NCBI GenBank assembly: GCA_965644265.1
Contig: OZ286472.1
Location: forward strand, 13,950,001 to 14,014,000
From: Glycera tridactyla
Taxonomy: Eukaryota
Length of the DNA: 64,000 bases
Direction: 5' to 3'
In this document: piece after piece, positions 1-10,953 of the stretch
Numbering within the stretch: position 1 is the first letter of the stretch
Layout: every line of letters begins with the position of its first letter
The notes under the pieces: model-generated
Database searches by the model: none
What the model was told of the DNA's origin: nothing
What the model saw: only the letters and a program-made list of their open reading frames with translations
Translations under genes and position numbers: made by a program

Positions 1-1139
1 ACACCTGAGACCATTTCACTGAAGTGATAAGAAAAAACTTAAAGGGATAGGTAAGAGGTTATGAAAAAGAAATTTTGTGATAGAGCAATTTTGGTAGAAA
101 ATGCCTAAAGACAGATGATGGAGAATTTTGAAAGTATGTTTTCATTCAACCACCCTGCTCCGAAAGATATTGAGAAGAAGAGAAGGGATGATGCTACACC
201 TAGGCTACATCATCCCCGATGACAACACTTCAAAGTAAATACCCCATGCAAATTGGTGGCTGCCATCTATAGAGTGTGTATGGTTTAACTTGGCCACAGG
301 TGTCACAGGGGTGACCTGACTCGAGGGCGGACACAGCACCAGCTCTTACATGGCTCATGCTAGGGACTGGAGCTACCACTTTCAGTTGCATAGGACCAGA
401 GAGCTGGGTCAACCTCTTGGCCACAGAGCACTTTGACATGTTACGCCTGTGGCCAATGGCCTTATACAATACTGTGCCCTGTTTCCAATCTAGAAATTGG
501 GGGGGGGGGAATGCCCCCTCTCCGAAAAAGGGACGATTTCAGAAAAAATAGGGGCATTTTTGGAGGGAGGGGGAAGAAATGAGCATGATAGTGTGGCCAG
601 GTGAAAACAACTACCCAGAAAACGGAATTGACGATGTCATCTAAATGTATCAATTGGGCTTTCTGGTCAGTCGAAATGCACCTCTGGAATAAACACTGTG
701 TGCCACATGGATACTTCAGTCCAGGGAAGATACTCAGATGTATCTCCTTTTCATGCTCTAGAAGAGCAGGGAGGTTGGTGAAGCTCCAATATTAGGTACC
801 CCATGTGGAAGGCGTGGTGCAAGCGTTGTTGCACTCTGAGGAGCACACACCAACTGACAGATCTTAGAATTGGGGGACTTATCCATAGAGATCCAAAGGA
901 TCCAGGGTTTCCTGACTGCTGATTGTACAGATTCTATTTAAATGGGCCAATAAGCTGGTTGCATGTATAAGCTGGATACTGATTGGTCCATATGAGCTGG
1001 AACCAGCTAAAACCAGTTGGTATTTCTCTCTGATGGTTCACTTCCCTTAATATATCCACCAACCAGCATTCCATGATCATCCAGTGCATGATCACTCATG
1101 AGCTGTGCACAGTCACTCATGATCAGTGTCTGGTTATGC

Positions 1140-1205
1140 AAGTTTTGTTTGTTTGTTTGAGGTTAAACAGCATGTATCAACCCTAGGGTTTGGTCATGTA
1201 GGTCA
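1140..1205 (-). mobile_element. 3' end of a SINE/LINE-like retroposon with (CAAA)n tail
   Basis: Reverse complement reads GGGTTGATACATGCTGTTTAACCTCAAACAAACAAAC. A nearly identical 3' end occurs at 57711-57760 on the + strand. Confidence 0.5.
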
Positions 1206-1499
1206 CCATACTGCTTTAACAGAAATTTGAATCAGAACCTAGGTGAACATTGATGGGAGGAAGCACATTGAATTTAAATCCACTGACTGCCACATTGCAA
1301 TATTGGGGATATCAAATGGAGGCAGCCATTTTGGCAGCAAGATTATGTCCTTGACATTTTACATTGCTTCAATTTATGTCCTGAGACTTGTAATCCCCAT
1401 ATAGGGCAGTCATTTTGTTTTTTCCATTACATGCGGGTGACGGAACATTTAGATCGGAGTTTCAGGCCGGGGGAGAGGGTTTCAGCAGATCAAACTGCT

Positions 1500-1746
1500 A
1501 TTAGCCATCCACTGACATGTGACTACGAGACTCGCGAGATCTGTCGACTAACCTCCAATGCGGATACTCATAAAAGCCCTATTCGACTGGTAGTACATTT
1601 CCGTCAACGCACTTTCAACGAAACCAACCAGTCGAATAGGCCTAATAACTTGAAGCCAAAAAGTTCTCCTGAACTGCCACATAGCGTTAGTGGCCAGAAC
1701 TAGTAGTGTGCGAACAACTCTGAAGGTGGCGCAGCTGTCAGTAAGT
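1500..1746 (+). promoter_or_regulatory. possible CpG-rich promoter / first non-coding exon
   Basis: Local CpG enrichment, a CTCGCGAG palindrome (core of the TCTCGCGAGA promoter motif) at 1531-1538, and a consensus donor GTAAGT at 1741. The downstream gene was not identified. Confidence 0.3.
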
Positions 1747-2325
1747 CATTCAGTCAGTCAATCAGTAAGCCCACAAGTCTGTCAGTCAGTCTGCCTGCCA
1801 GCCAGCCAGCCAGCAAGCAAGTCAGTCAGCCAGCCAGGCAGTAAGTCAGCCAGCCACTCAGTCAGTCAGTCAGCCTGTGAGTCAGTCAGTCAGGCGGCCA
1901 GTCAGTCAGCCAGCCAGTCACCCTGTCAGCCAGCCAATCAATCAGCCAGCCAGTCAGTCAGTCAGCCAGCCAGCCAGTCAGTCAGCCAGCCAGTCAGTCA
2001 GCCTATCAGTCAGTCATCCATCCAGCCCGTCACCCTGCCAGTCAGTCAGCAAGTCAGCCGGCCAGTCAGTCAGTCAGCCAATCAATCAGCCAGCAACAGC
2101 CAGCCAGGTAGTAAATCATCTAGTCAGTCAGCCTGTCAACCAGCCAGTCAGTCAGTCAGCCGGCCAGTCTGCCAGCCAGCCAGCAAGTCATTCAGCTGGC
2201 CAGCCAGCTAATATGTCAGGCAGCCAGTCCTTTAGTCGGCCAGCCAGCCAGCCAGTCAACCGGTTAGTCAGTCAGTTAGTCAACCGGTCAGTCAGTCAGT
2301 CAGTCAGCCGGACAGCCAGCCAGTC
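1737..2325. repeat. compound (CAGT)n/(CAGC)n tetranucleotide microsatellite
   Basis: Direct reading. It explains the S/Q/P/A-rich ORFs 1690-2211 and 1877-2422. Confidence 0.95.
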
Positions 2326-3260
2326 ACAACCTTTATCCAACTTCATGACGGCTTCCTTTTTAAAGGGAACTTGTCTGATGTTTAGAGCAGCATTCTCCAG
2401 CTGCATTCTAAGGTATTGCTAAGGTAGACAACTCCATTCACCTTGAACCTTGCACAACAACCTCCATTACTAAGGAGAATCCAATGGAAAATATCCCCAT
2501 AGCCAAGGAATATCCACATTGGCACGGTAACCTCCCCCATGGGCACTGCCATCTTGGATGACCTACTTCCTGATATAAAAAAGATGTACTATGCTATACT
2601 ACTCCCATTTGAAATTAGCTCTTATGACAAGTAGAATTGCTTTGGGAAAGGTGGCTGCTATCACAAAATTCTGACGTCTGAGGCAATATCCAATCATGTG
2701 ACTTTCTGAAGGGTGCAGCTCTGAGAAGATAAAAGTTAACCTAACTGTCTGAGGGAATGCATTGATAACAGACCTGTATCATTTCTCTTCTAAAAGATCC
2801 AGGGAAATTTGTGAGGAAAAACCTCATAAGGGACATCATAATACATGTATGATCAAGATAAACAGCCAGTCATCAGTTTCATGTTTTTACTGCTCCTTTA
2901 GCAGATGGCTGGTTGGTCAGTTGCTGTGTTGGTTTAGGTTTGCTAGCATGGAGGAGGTATGGGATTATTCATCCTGTATGTGTCAGACTTGAGGGAACTG
3001 TATGCCTTATCCCCTGAAAACAATATGCTCTAATTCACACAGAATTTCAGCTCTGTCACTGAAATCTGATGAAGGCTTATTGCACACTGACATCAAAAGT
3101 TTATGGTCATTCAGGACTATCCAAGTCCAATGTCAAATTCAATCACATATTGAAAAAATGTAAGGTTATCCAAATGTTTTATCTTGAGAATTATATGTAT
3201 ACATTTGTTCTGAATGCATATTCAATCTCCAGTTTACAAAAATGGGTACAAAATATAAAA

Positions 3261-3901
3261 CTAGGCATGTATGCCGAAAAAAGGATGCCTGGTAACACAC
3301 ATCTCCTCCGCTGGTGATTGTGGGAGAAATCAATTCGAATTTACCGCCATTCAAGTGGGCGCCACATTCACCCAGTCCACCTGCTGCTCAGTGTGTCGAA
3401 ATGGCCAGGATGGGGAAATCTTACTCTCAAAACCTGATCATTAAACATGTGAATTTCACTTATGAATCACTAAATCATACAATCAAATGCTTTGATGCCT
3501 CACAAGATTAAAATGCTTCAACGTATACCCATAATGTGCTATTAAACATAAGTCCATGATGAAATGAAATAAAACAAAATAAAAGGTAGAGAGTATTCAT
3601 ATCATTAGCAGGGTCAAACCTGATGGCGAACCAAGATCGATCATGAGCTGGCAAGAAAACTCATGAAGTAGGAGCCATTCTCATGAAAAGTAGACCCATT
3701 AAGAGCTCTCTAAGTGTTCCATTTGAAGCAGACAGGCTTTCACAACAACCCTACCAGATATCATACGAAGCAAAGCAGGTTATCACAATCAATAGGCTGC
3801 TTGAAAAAAGTAGTGAAATATGTTCCATTTTTTGTCATCTAAACTGCAGTCCCGAATGAGAGTGGTAAGAAGAAGGATGCCCGCAAGGCAGGTATCCTTA
3901 A
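3261..3901 (-). mobile_element. complete non-autonomous Helentron/Helitron2-type element (HINE, DINE-1-like), ~640 bp
   Basis: On the - strand: T-run, 5' subTIR plus inverted repeat forming a 12-bp stem (3873-3899), 3' subTIR CAGGCATCCTT (3281-3291), short palindrome GGCAT-AC-ATGCC (3264-3275), CTAG end (3261-3264), then a T-run. Confidence 0.75.
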
Positions 3902-3994
3902 AAAAAACAGATAAAGGGTGTGAGGGTGAGAGAAAGGTGGATGCATGGGGCTTATAGAGATGGATGGATGGAGAGAAATTGCGAATACATCAAG

Positions 3995-4755
3995 TCCTGT
4001 CCTGTCCTGCCTGTCTTGGCTTGTTCTAACCTGTCCTGCCTGCTTACCTGCCTATCCTGCCTGCCTGTCTTGTCCTGTCCTGTCCTATCCTGTTGTGTCT
4101 ACCTACTGGTCTGCTTGTCTGCCTGGCCTGTCCTGTCTGGCCTGGCCTGGACCTTCCTGTTATGCCTGCCTGCACTGGCCTGTCCTGTCCTGTCCAGACC
4201 ATGCTTCAGTCCTGTCCTGTCCTGCCTGCCTGCCTGCCTGATCTGTCCGGGCCTGCCCTGCAAGCCTGGCCGGGTATGTTCTGTCCTGCCTGCAAGTCTG
4301 TCCTGTCTGCCTGGCCTGCCCTTTCCTGTTCTGCCTGCCTGCTTGCTTGCCTGCCCCGTCCTGGCTGTCTGTTTGCCTGCCTGTCTTGACCAGGCCTGTC
4401 CTGCTTGCCTGCCTTGCTGCCTTGCCTGGCCAGGCCTGCCCTGTTCTGCCGGTCTGCCTACCTGACTTGGTCTTCCTGGTTGCCTGCCTGTCCTGTCCTG
4501 TCCCGCCTGCCTAGCCTGTGCTGCCTGTCCTGCTTGGTCTGTCCTGCCTGCTTGTCTTGTCTTGACCTGCCTGCCCTGCCCTGCCCTGTCTTGTCCTGTC
4601 CCGCCTGGCATGCCCTTTTCTACCTGACTGCCTATCCTGTCCTGCCTGTCTTGTCCTCTCCTGCCTGACTAACCTGCCCTGTCTGGCCTTTCCTGTCCTG
4701 GCTGCCTGCGTGACCTTCCCTGCCTGGCCTGGCCTGCCTGCCTTATCCTGTCCAA
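3995..4755. repeat. degenerate (CCTGT)n/(CCTG)n simple repeat
   Basis: Direct reading. It explains the C/L/P-rich and Q/A/G/R-rich ORFs on both strands. Confidence 0.95.
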
Positions 4756-4758
4756 CCT

Positions 4759-5635
4759 GATATCGCAAGCAAGATCGCAGCCTCCATGGATGAATGGATG
4801 CAGGGATGGATGCAGTTTGAAAATACCGCCAAGAATGGCAGATCGTGTGAGGTGTCAATCAAGCTCTTTAGACACGCCCACTTCGATGTTGACATCAGCT
4901 TGAATCACGTCACCGGGAGCGGTCTGCTACACGTGCCTACCACCTTTGTGATCACTAGGAAATTGTAGCCAGGCAGCCTTTGACTTAATATGAATGAGAA
5001 AATATCTGTCAGTAAGGGGAAATTGAGAAACTATGACTCCAACAGTGTGTAGCGATAGGGAATGGTGTCAGATTATCCAATGACCGGGAGATGCAGTCTA
5101 AAATAGGTACGGAGAAACACACGTCACCATCCCAAGTGCGGCACAGAAGACCCGGCGGGTGATACCACAGAGTAGATACGAACAGATCGCCCTTGTGACC
5201 TCGCCACACTTTTTTGCGTCAGTGACACCTCTGTTCATGCCTACTCTGTGGTGATACCCACCGACGAGCGAAGCGAGGAGCTCATCGGCGGGTCTGTCAC
5301 TTCCAGTGACTGTGCGTTTGAGTTGCTGCGCTTGCCCCCCAAAACATTGCGGCGGTTGATGCTACTCGAGCCGCGTGTACGCAGTGGTGATGTGTGCGGT
5401 ATCCTATGCTGCCTCCAGTGACTGTGCAGATGCAATCGACGGGAGGGTGGCGGCCCCGACACTGGGCAGTCGGGCTGCTACACCGCTGCCATATCCATGC
5501 ATGTCTCGAAAATACGTCGTATATTGGCCAGAGATGGTGGAAATATCAAGTTGCATCTTCTCCCCTGCGCGCTGCCATGTTGGATCTGGCCTCATTCACC
5601 CAGACCATGGGCTGCTTCTTACTCTCGAAGATAAC
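4759..5635 (+). pseudogene. CpG-rich decayed coding remnant of unknown family
   Basis: Frame 4759-4968 (DIASKIAASMDEWMQGWMQFENT...ITRKL*) has strongly C-ending codons. A second, protein-like frame from 5033 is interrupted by stops and an apparent frameshift at the T-run near 5210. Confidence 0.35.
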
Positions 5636-6083
5636 CATTAAACATGTAAATTTCACTTATCAATCAGCAAACGATGCAATCAAACACTTGATTGGCTTCA
5701 AAGATCAAAATGCTTCGACGTATACTTCAATATGCTTTATAACTTCAGTTCGAAATGAACAAGAAAAAGTCGAGTTTATTCATATCATTAGCAGCATATA
5801 ACCATATATAGAGCCAACATCGATCATGAGCTGGCCAGAAATCCCTTGGAGTTGGAGCCATTTTCATGAAAAGTAGACTCAAAAGGTGCTATCCAAGTGA
5901 TACATACAAAGTGGACAGGCCTTCACAACAACCCTAGCAGATTTCATAAGATTCAAAGCAGTATATCACCATCAATTGACTGCCTGAAAAAACTGTTAAA
6001 ATATGTTCAATTTTTTGTCATCTAAACTGCAGTCCCAACTGGAGTGGTAAGAAGAAGGCTGCCTGCAAGGCAGGCATCCTTAA
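5585..6083 (-). mobile_element. second, diverged copy of the 3261-3901 HINE family (5' part)
   Basis: Collinear similarity of ~5634-6083 to ~3437-3902, including the terminal 12-bp stem-loop at 6055-6081. No matching 3' subTIR was found. Confidence 0.75.
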
Positions 6084-6114
6084 ATACACAAGGTCGTGGC
6101 AGTCATGAAATTAC

Positions 6115-6510
6115 TCAATATGTCCATTTAGTGAGCTGATCTTGCACAACAGGTCCACTACTATTATGTGATTCCTTTGCTTCAAGAGGTAGACTGGCAA
6201 AATGAGTCCGTAGATGATCCAGCCCACGTTTTGATCGCTCATGCTCTTTCCTCTCCTGTTCTAATAACTTCTTTGTTTCTAATAGCTGCTTCTGTAACTT
6301 AGTAACTTCACGCTCATGACCAAGTTGTAATCGTTCCTCCCGCAGTTCCAGTTCCCTGGCTGCTGACTGCTGCTCACTTGTGAGGTCGGACTCCACTTTT
6401 TGTCTTTCTAATCGCTCCCTGTCAAGTTCCAGGATTAAATCATGCACTGCTTTTTTGGTATGAGTCAATTCTCCCCTCACTGATGATAACTCTTCATGTA
6501 GGTAATCAAC
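6115..6510 (-). CDS. CCDC160: coiled-coil domain protein, CCDC160-like, coding exon 3 (terminal)
   Basis: Acceptor ttttgttccag at 6511, phase 0, matching exon 2. Reads VDYLHEELSS...RGLDHLRTHFASLP...KWTY* (TGA 6117-6115). The C-terminal motif resembles vertebrate CCDC160 RALELLRKYYAS (from recall, not a search). Confidence 0.8.
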   Translation of the reverse strand, partial: VDYLHEELSSVRGELTHTKKAVHDLILELDRERLERQKVESDLTSEQQSAARELELREERLQLGHEREVTKLQKQLLETKKLLEQERKEHERSKRGLDHLRTHFASLPLEAKESHNSSGPVVQDQLTKWTY

Positions 6511-6559
6511 CTGGAACAAAACAAATGATATAGCATGAGTTAAGCTCATCCACAGAAGA

Positions 6560-7500
6560 GACATATAGAAACCTCTCAACCAGTCAGAGGCCACCATTTG
6601 GTGGGAAATCATACAAGCATGATGGTACACTGACAGCTTGTGTGGGCTACTTGGATGATATCACAGTTGTGATTTTTTTTCTATTTATTTATCAACAAAT
6701 TAGACTCATATGGGGGCAACAGTGATATGGTTGGGATATGATGAAAAATTCAGGAGATAATGAGCGGAAACCTCTTGACCAATCAGAGGTCATCATTTTG
6801 GGGGGAAATCACTCAAGCATGGATATTTCTGTATCATTTGTACCAATTTATTTCGAAATCCAGAAATGGAAGACAAAGTTATGCATAAAAACAAATTGTT
6901 AAATTGGAAGCCATCACTTTGCAGGAAATCACTCAAGCGTGATGGTACGCTAATCACTTGTGAGGGTCACTCAAATGAGTTCACCATCCTGATATGGGGT
7001 GGATATGATAAAGTCCAGGAGATGATGAGTGGAAATACCTCAACCGATCAGAGACGACCATTTCACAAGAAATTACTCGAGCGTGATGGTACGCTAATCT
7101 CTTTTGAAGGTCACTTCAATGAGTTCACAGCTCTGGGATAGATAGGATGAAATGTTTCGGAGATAATGAGCAGGAACCTTTCGACCAATCAGATGTAGCC
7201 ATATAGTGTAAAATCAGTCAAGCATGATATATTTTGCATGTGCCACTTCGTCTTCATATGATGATCATTTGCACCAATTTATTTCAAAATCCAGTCATGG
7301 AAGATGTAGTCATTGGCCGGACACGAATCAAACAATCAGAGGCCATCATTTGGCAGGAAATTACTCAAGCATGATGTTTTCACATGTGATGATCATTTGT
7401 ACCAATTCATTTCATAATCCAATCATGAAAGACAAATCTATGGACCCATACATACACACGCACACACAGGCATGCGCACACACACACACCAACACACATA

Positions 7501-7546
<46 letters not shown>

Positions 7547-7600
7547 CGGACAGGGTAAACACTATACCGTGCGCCATATAATATGGTGGGGGCATAAAAA
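6560..7600 (-). mobile_element. old degenerate HINE/pearl-like element with internal diverged tandem units, in CCDC160 intron
   Basis: The - strand start TTTTTATGCCCCCACC...GGTATAGTGTTTACCCTGTCCGT is followed by (TG)n. About six diverged units (ccaatcagag...aaatcactcaagc) lie between 6570 and 7380. Confidence 0.45.
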
Positions 7601-8053
7601 TATGGATAAAATATGGACAAGTTTAGGTGGGGCCCGTGCGCAATCTTATGGTAAGTTGGATGACTGATCTTCACCAAAAAACAACCTACTTGGATGTTTC
7701 TCTCTTCAGGGGTTTTCTGACTGATCAAATACAGAAGCTCTCTCAGGAAGGATTCGCTCTTCTGGAATCTTTGGTCATTTAGTGATACTACTTGACTACA
7801 ATGAAATTCCCTGAAATGTGGGCGGATATCCTGAAAATACCCCCATATAGTTACAAAAGATGCTGATTTGACACTTTCAGCCCAATCTGAGAAACTTTTG
7901 GTATGCAACTTTGGAGACAGATTCCCTGATTTCAGGAAATTTTCTTGAAATTGGCATCACTCAGATTTTGGCTGGATTCAAACTTCTTACAAAACCATAG
8001 TTCATGCAACTCATGATGGAAATCACAAGATAATGAGACAGATGAATCCATAC

Positions 8054-8490
8054 CTTAGATTCACTTTTATCCAGTTGCTTTTTGAGATTCTGTGAGAGTA
8101 TATGCAGTCGTTCGTTAGCCTTCTCTGCCTCCTGCAGGTTTCTGGTTCGTACATCGAGTGCCTGACCCTGTTTGCAGAGCTTACTCTCTAGCTTTCTGTT
8201 CTGTTCTTGTGTGACATCGACAGCTGCTCTCAATCTTGCGTTCTGTGTTTTTGCCGTCTTGAAGGCTGCACGCAGTATTTCGATCTCCTCAGAGCTCCAT
8301 ATGCAAGAATCATGCAGATCAATGGAACCTGTTGTCAACTTTTCAGCAGGTTGTTCTGGTTGTGATATTGAACTCAGTAAATTACTGAGGTCTCCGATCG
8401 TGTGCCTTGTAGATTCCGGATCATCCTCCACCAACTCTTCTTCTTTCAAGGTACTTGACTTAATTCTGCTGATCAAGTTCTCTTTCTCTT
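8054..8490 (-). CDS. CCDC160: coiled-coil domain protein, CCDC160-like, coding exon 2
   Basis: Acceptor cctcattgcag (AG 8492-8491) and donor AAG|GTATGG at 8053. The 437-bp exon is phase 1 in and phase 0 out, consistent with both neighbours. Heptad-rich E/K/L/Q translation. Confidence 0.85.
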
Positions 8491-9244
8491 CTGCAATGAG
8501 GATGAATCATCTTGAGCTAACAATCGATATTTGTCTGTCAGTCTGTATATATGTCTGCATGTGTATCTGTCTAGTCAAATCATGTTAGAAAAATGCAGGA
8601 GAGAGGGGGAGGGAGGGAGAGAGAGAGGGAGGGGAAGAGAGAGGGTGTAGGTAGAGCAGGGGAGGATGAAAGCGGGGAGGANNNNNNNNNNNNNNNNNNN
8701 NNNNNNNNNNNNNNNNNNNNNNNNNNNNNNNNNNNNNNNNNNNNNNNNNNNNNNNNNNNNNNNNNNNNNNNNNNNNNNNNNNNNNNNNNNNNNNNNNNNN
8801 NNNNNNNNNNNNNNNNNNNNNNNNNNNNNNNNNNNNNNNNNNNNNNNNNNNNNNNNNNNNNNNNNNNNNNNNNNNNNNNNNNNNNNNNNNNNNNNNNNNN
8901 NNNNNNNNNNNNNNNNNNNNNNNNNNNNNNNNNNNNNNGGGAGAAAAGTGTAGGGGAGGACAGGAAGAGAGAGGATGGAGGTGGGGGGGGGGGGGGGGGG
9001 TAGAGCAGGAGAGGAAGAAAACAGGGAAGGGGAGAAATGATAGAGGAAGGAAAGAGAGAGGGAGGCAAGGAGAGAGAGATGAAATGGGGAGGAAGTTATA
9101 GGGTGGAAGAGATGGAGGGGAGGGAGATAAAGAGGGAGAATAGAGAGAAGGGAGAATAGAGAGAAACAGCGGAGTGGGGGGGGGGGGGGGGGAGAAGATA
9201 GAGGGGTTAGTGAGTTAGTGAAGAGGGAGGGTGAAGAGACTCAC

Positions 9245-9509
9245 CCTGCTGCTGCTGTTCTTGCTTTTTCTCCTCTGTGAGTTTGGCTTCTTCCTTTTCT
9301 TTTATCTTTGTCATCAACCATACTTTCTCATAGACATTTCTGAGGTGAGGTACATCTTGTGCAGAGATCTGATTACGAGCAAGTTGCTCATATACACTTG
9401 GTGGCGGTGCTTTTTTCTGTAGTTCATAGTCAGTGCTTGCATCATCAATGGCAAAAATGGGTGGGAACAATTCCTCAACCCAATGTCCATCAGCATCTTC
9501 AGTAGACAT
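9245..9509 (-). CDS. CCDC160: coiled-coil domain protein, CCDC160-like, coding exon 1
   Basis: Acceptor tttcctctttgcag upstream (exon starts 9511), ATG at 9509, donor G|GTGAGT at 9244. The spliced CDS is 1098 nt (365 aa + stop). N-terminal HWVEELFPPIFAIDD resembles CCDC160 HWKENMFTPFFSAQD (from recall). Confidence 0.8.
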
Positions 9510-9659
9510 GCCTGCAAAGAGGAAACACATGTAATAGCACTTGCTTACTGGTAGAGTTCATGCCCAAACCTGTCAGGAGAGTAAACCTCCACAAAATACA
9601 CTCATCGTGTTAGGTGGATAGGAAAGAATCATTCAGGCACTTAGTGAAGAGGCTTTCTA

Positions 9660-10156
9660 CTTCTGGCAAATGGGCTGTATCATGATGCCCTTGCAGTGAG
9701 AATGGGAATAGGCATGGACTAAAAATCATAACAGGTCATTTCTCATGGTTTTCCGTTATTGAATGTCCTGCAAGCTTACAATGGGCTGCATTATGATGTC
9801 CATGTTGTGGGCATGGGAATATGCATGGGGCCCCTGGAATATTAAATATTGGCCATTTTCAAAATTCATAAGGCACTTGATAGTTTCTCATGGTTTTCAT
9901 GATTGAATGTCCTGTCATCTCACAATCAGCTGTATCATGATGCCCATGCGGTGTGCATGGGAATAGACATGGGACACCTAGTGAATATTACCAAAATTCG
10001 CATACTCAGTATGTCATTTCTGATGGGAATAGGTTTGGGATCTGTTGTGAAATTTGGTAAATGAGGTTTTTTTATTCAAAATTCAGACAATCGATATATG
10101 TTATTTCTGATGGTTTACCATAGTAGAATGCCATGTCAGCTCACAAAAGATAAGTG
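9660..10156. repeat. degenerate tandem array (ATCATGATGCCCATGC..TGGGCATGGGA motif)
   Basis: The motif recurs at ~9680, 9790, 9935 and continues into the duplicated block at ~10190, 10295 and 10660. Confidence 0.55.
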
Positions 10157-10740
10157 TATTTTCAGCACAGAATGTGTTGTAAAACAGTATCATCATGGCC
10201 ATGCAGTGGGCATGGGATCCCTGGAGAATTTCGGAAATGCTCATCATTTGAAAATCAATGTCAGCTCACAGAGGACTGTATTGTGATTTGTTTTATGCCC
10301 ATGCATTGGGCATGGGAACAGCTATGCACAGAGCATTTGAATAGCCATGGGACACCAAATAGATAAATTTCACAGACACTCAATATGTTATCTCTGATGA
10401 CTTCCATGGTTGGATGAACATCGCCATCCATCATATCTATCCATCCAGCTGTGGGTGCATCACACAGAAACAGATACACCTACTGTAGTGTGGTTGGCAA
10501 CAGGCTGACAAGATGGCACCAAGAATAAACAAATCCGCGCAATCAACATCAAATTGGACCAGCCATATCCCTCACCTGCTATGGAATCCTTGTATATCAT
10601 TTTTTTCTAGATTCACAGACACTCAAGTTTATTTTCAGCACAGAATGGGTTGTAAAATGGTATCATCATTCCCATGCAGTGGGCATGGGATCCCTGGGGA
10701 ATTTCGGAAATGCTCATCATTTGAAAATCAATAGCAGCTC

Positions 10741-10936
10741 TGTTATATATCATCGTTGAGGCACCAGGACAATCCAGGTAGTTACCATCTTGCATTGTTG
10801 TGTATGTGTCCTGAGTGCTGATTGGCCAGTACTCTGTGTATTGTTTTCCATTGTCAAAAAGGATGGCTACAACATCATCAACTGGTTTGTTCTTTCTGGA
10901 ACCTTTTCCAAGGTAAAACCATCTCAAGATACACCA
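10741..10936 (+). repeat. 5' LTR
   Basis: TGTTATAT...ACACCA. Five differences (all transitions) from the 3' LTR over 196 bp. Confidence 0.95.
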
Positions 10937-10939
10937 AAG

Positions 10940-10953
10940 TGGCGACGAAGATG
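10940..10953 (+). promoter_or_regulatory. primer binding site, probably tRNA-Ser(GCU)
   Basis: TGGCGACGAAGATG, 3 nt after the 5' LTR. It matches 13/14 to the reverse complement of the tRNA-Ser(GCU) 3' end (TGGCGACGAGGATG, from recall). Confidence 0.7.

Noticed and set aside
2331-2418. Minus-strand exon-like frame QYLRMQLENAALNIRQVPFKKEAVMKLDK
   Set aside because: The donor (GTTGTG) is poor, no partner exons were found and no family was recognised.
1690-2422. Two long S/Q/P/V-rich ORFs
   Set aside because: They are translations of the CAGT/CAGC microsatellite.
3920-4858. Multiple overlapping C/L/P-rich and G/Q/R-rich ORFs
   Set aside because: They are translations of the CCTG/CCTGT simple repeat, open in most frames on both strands.
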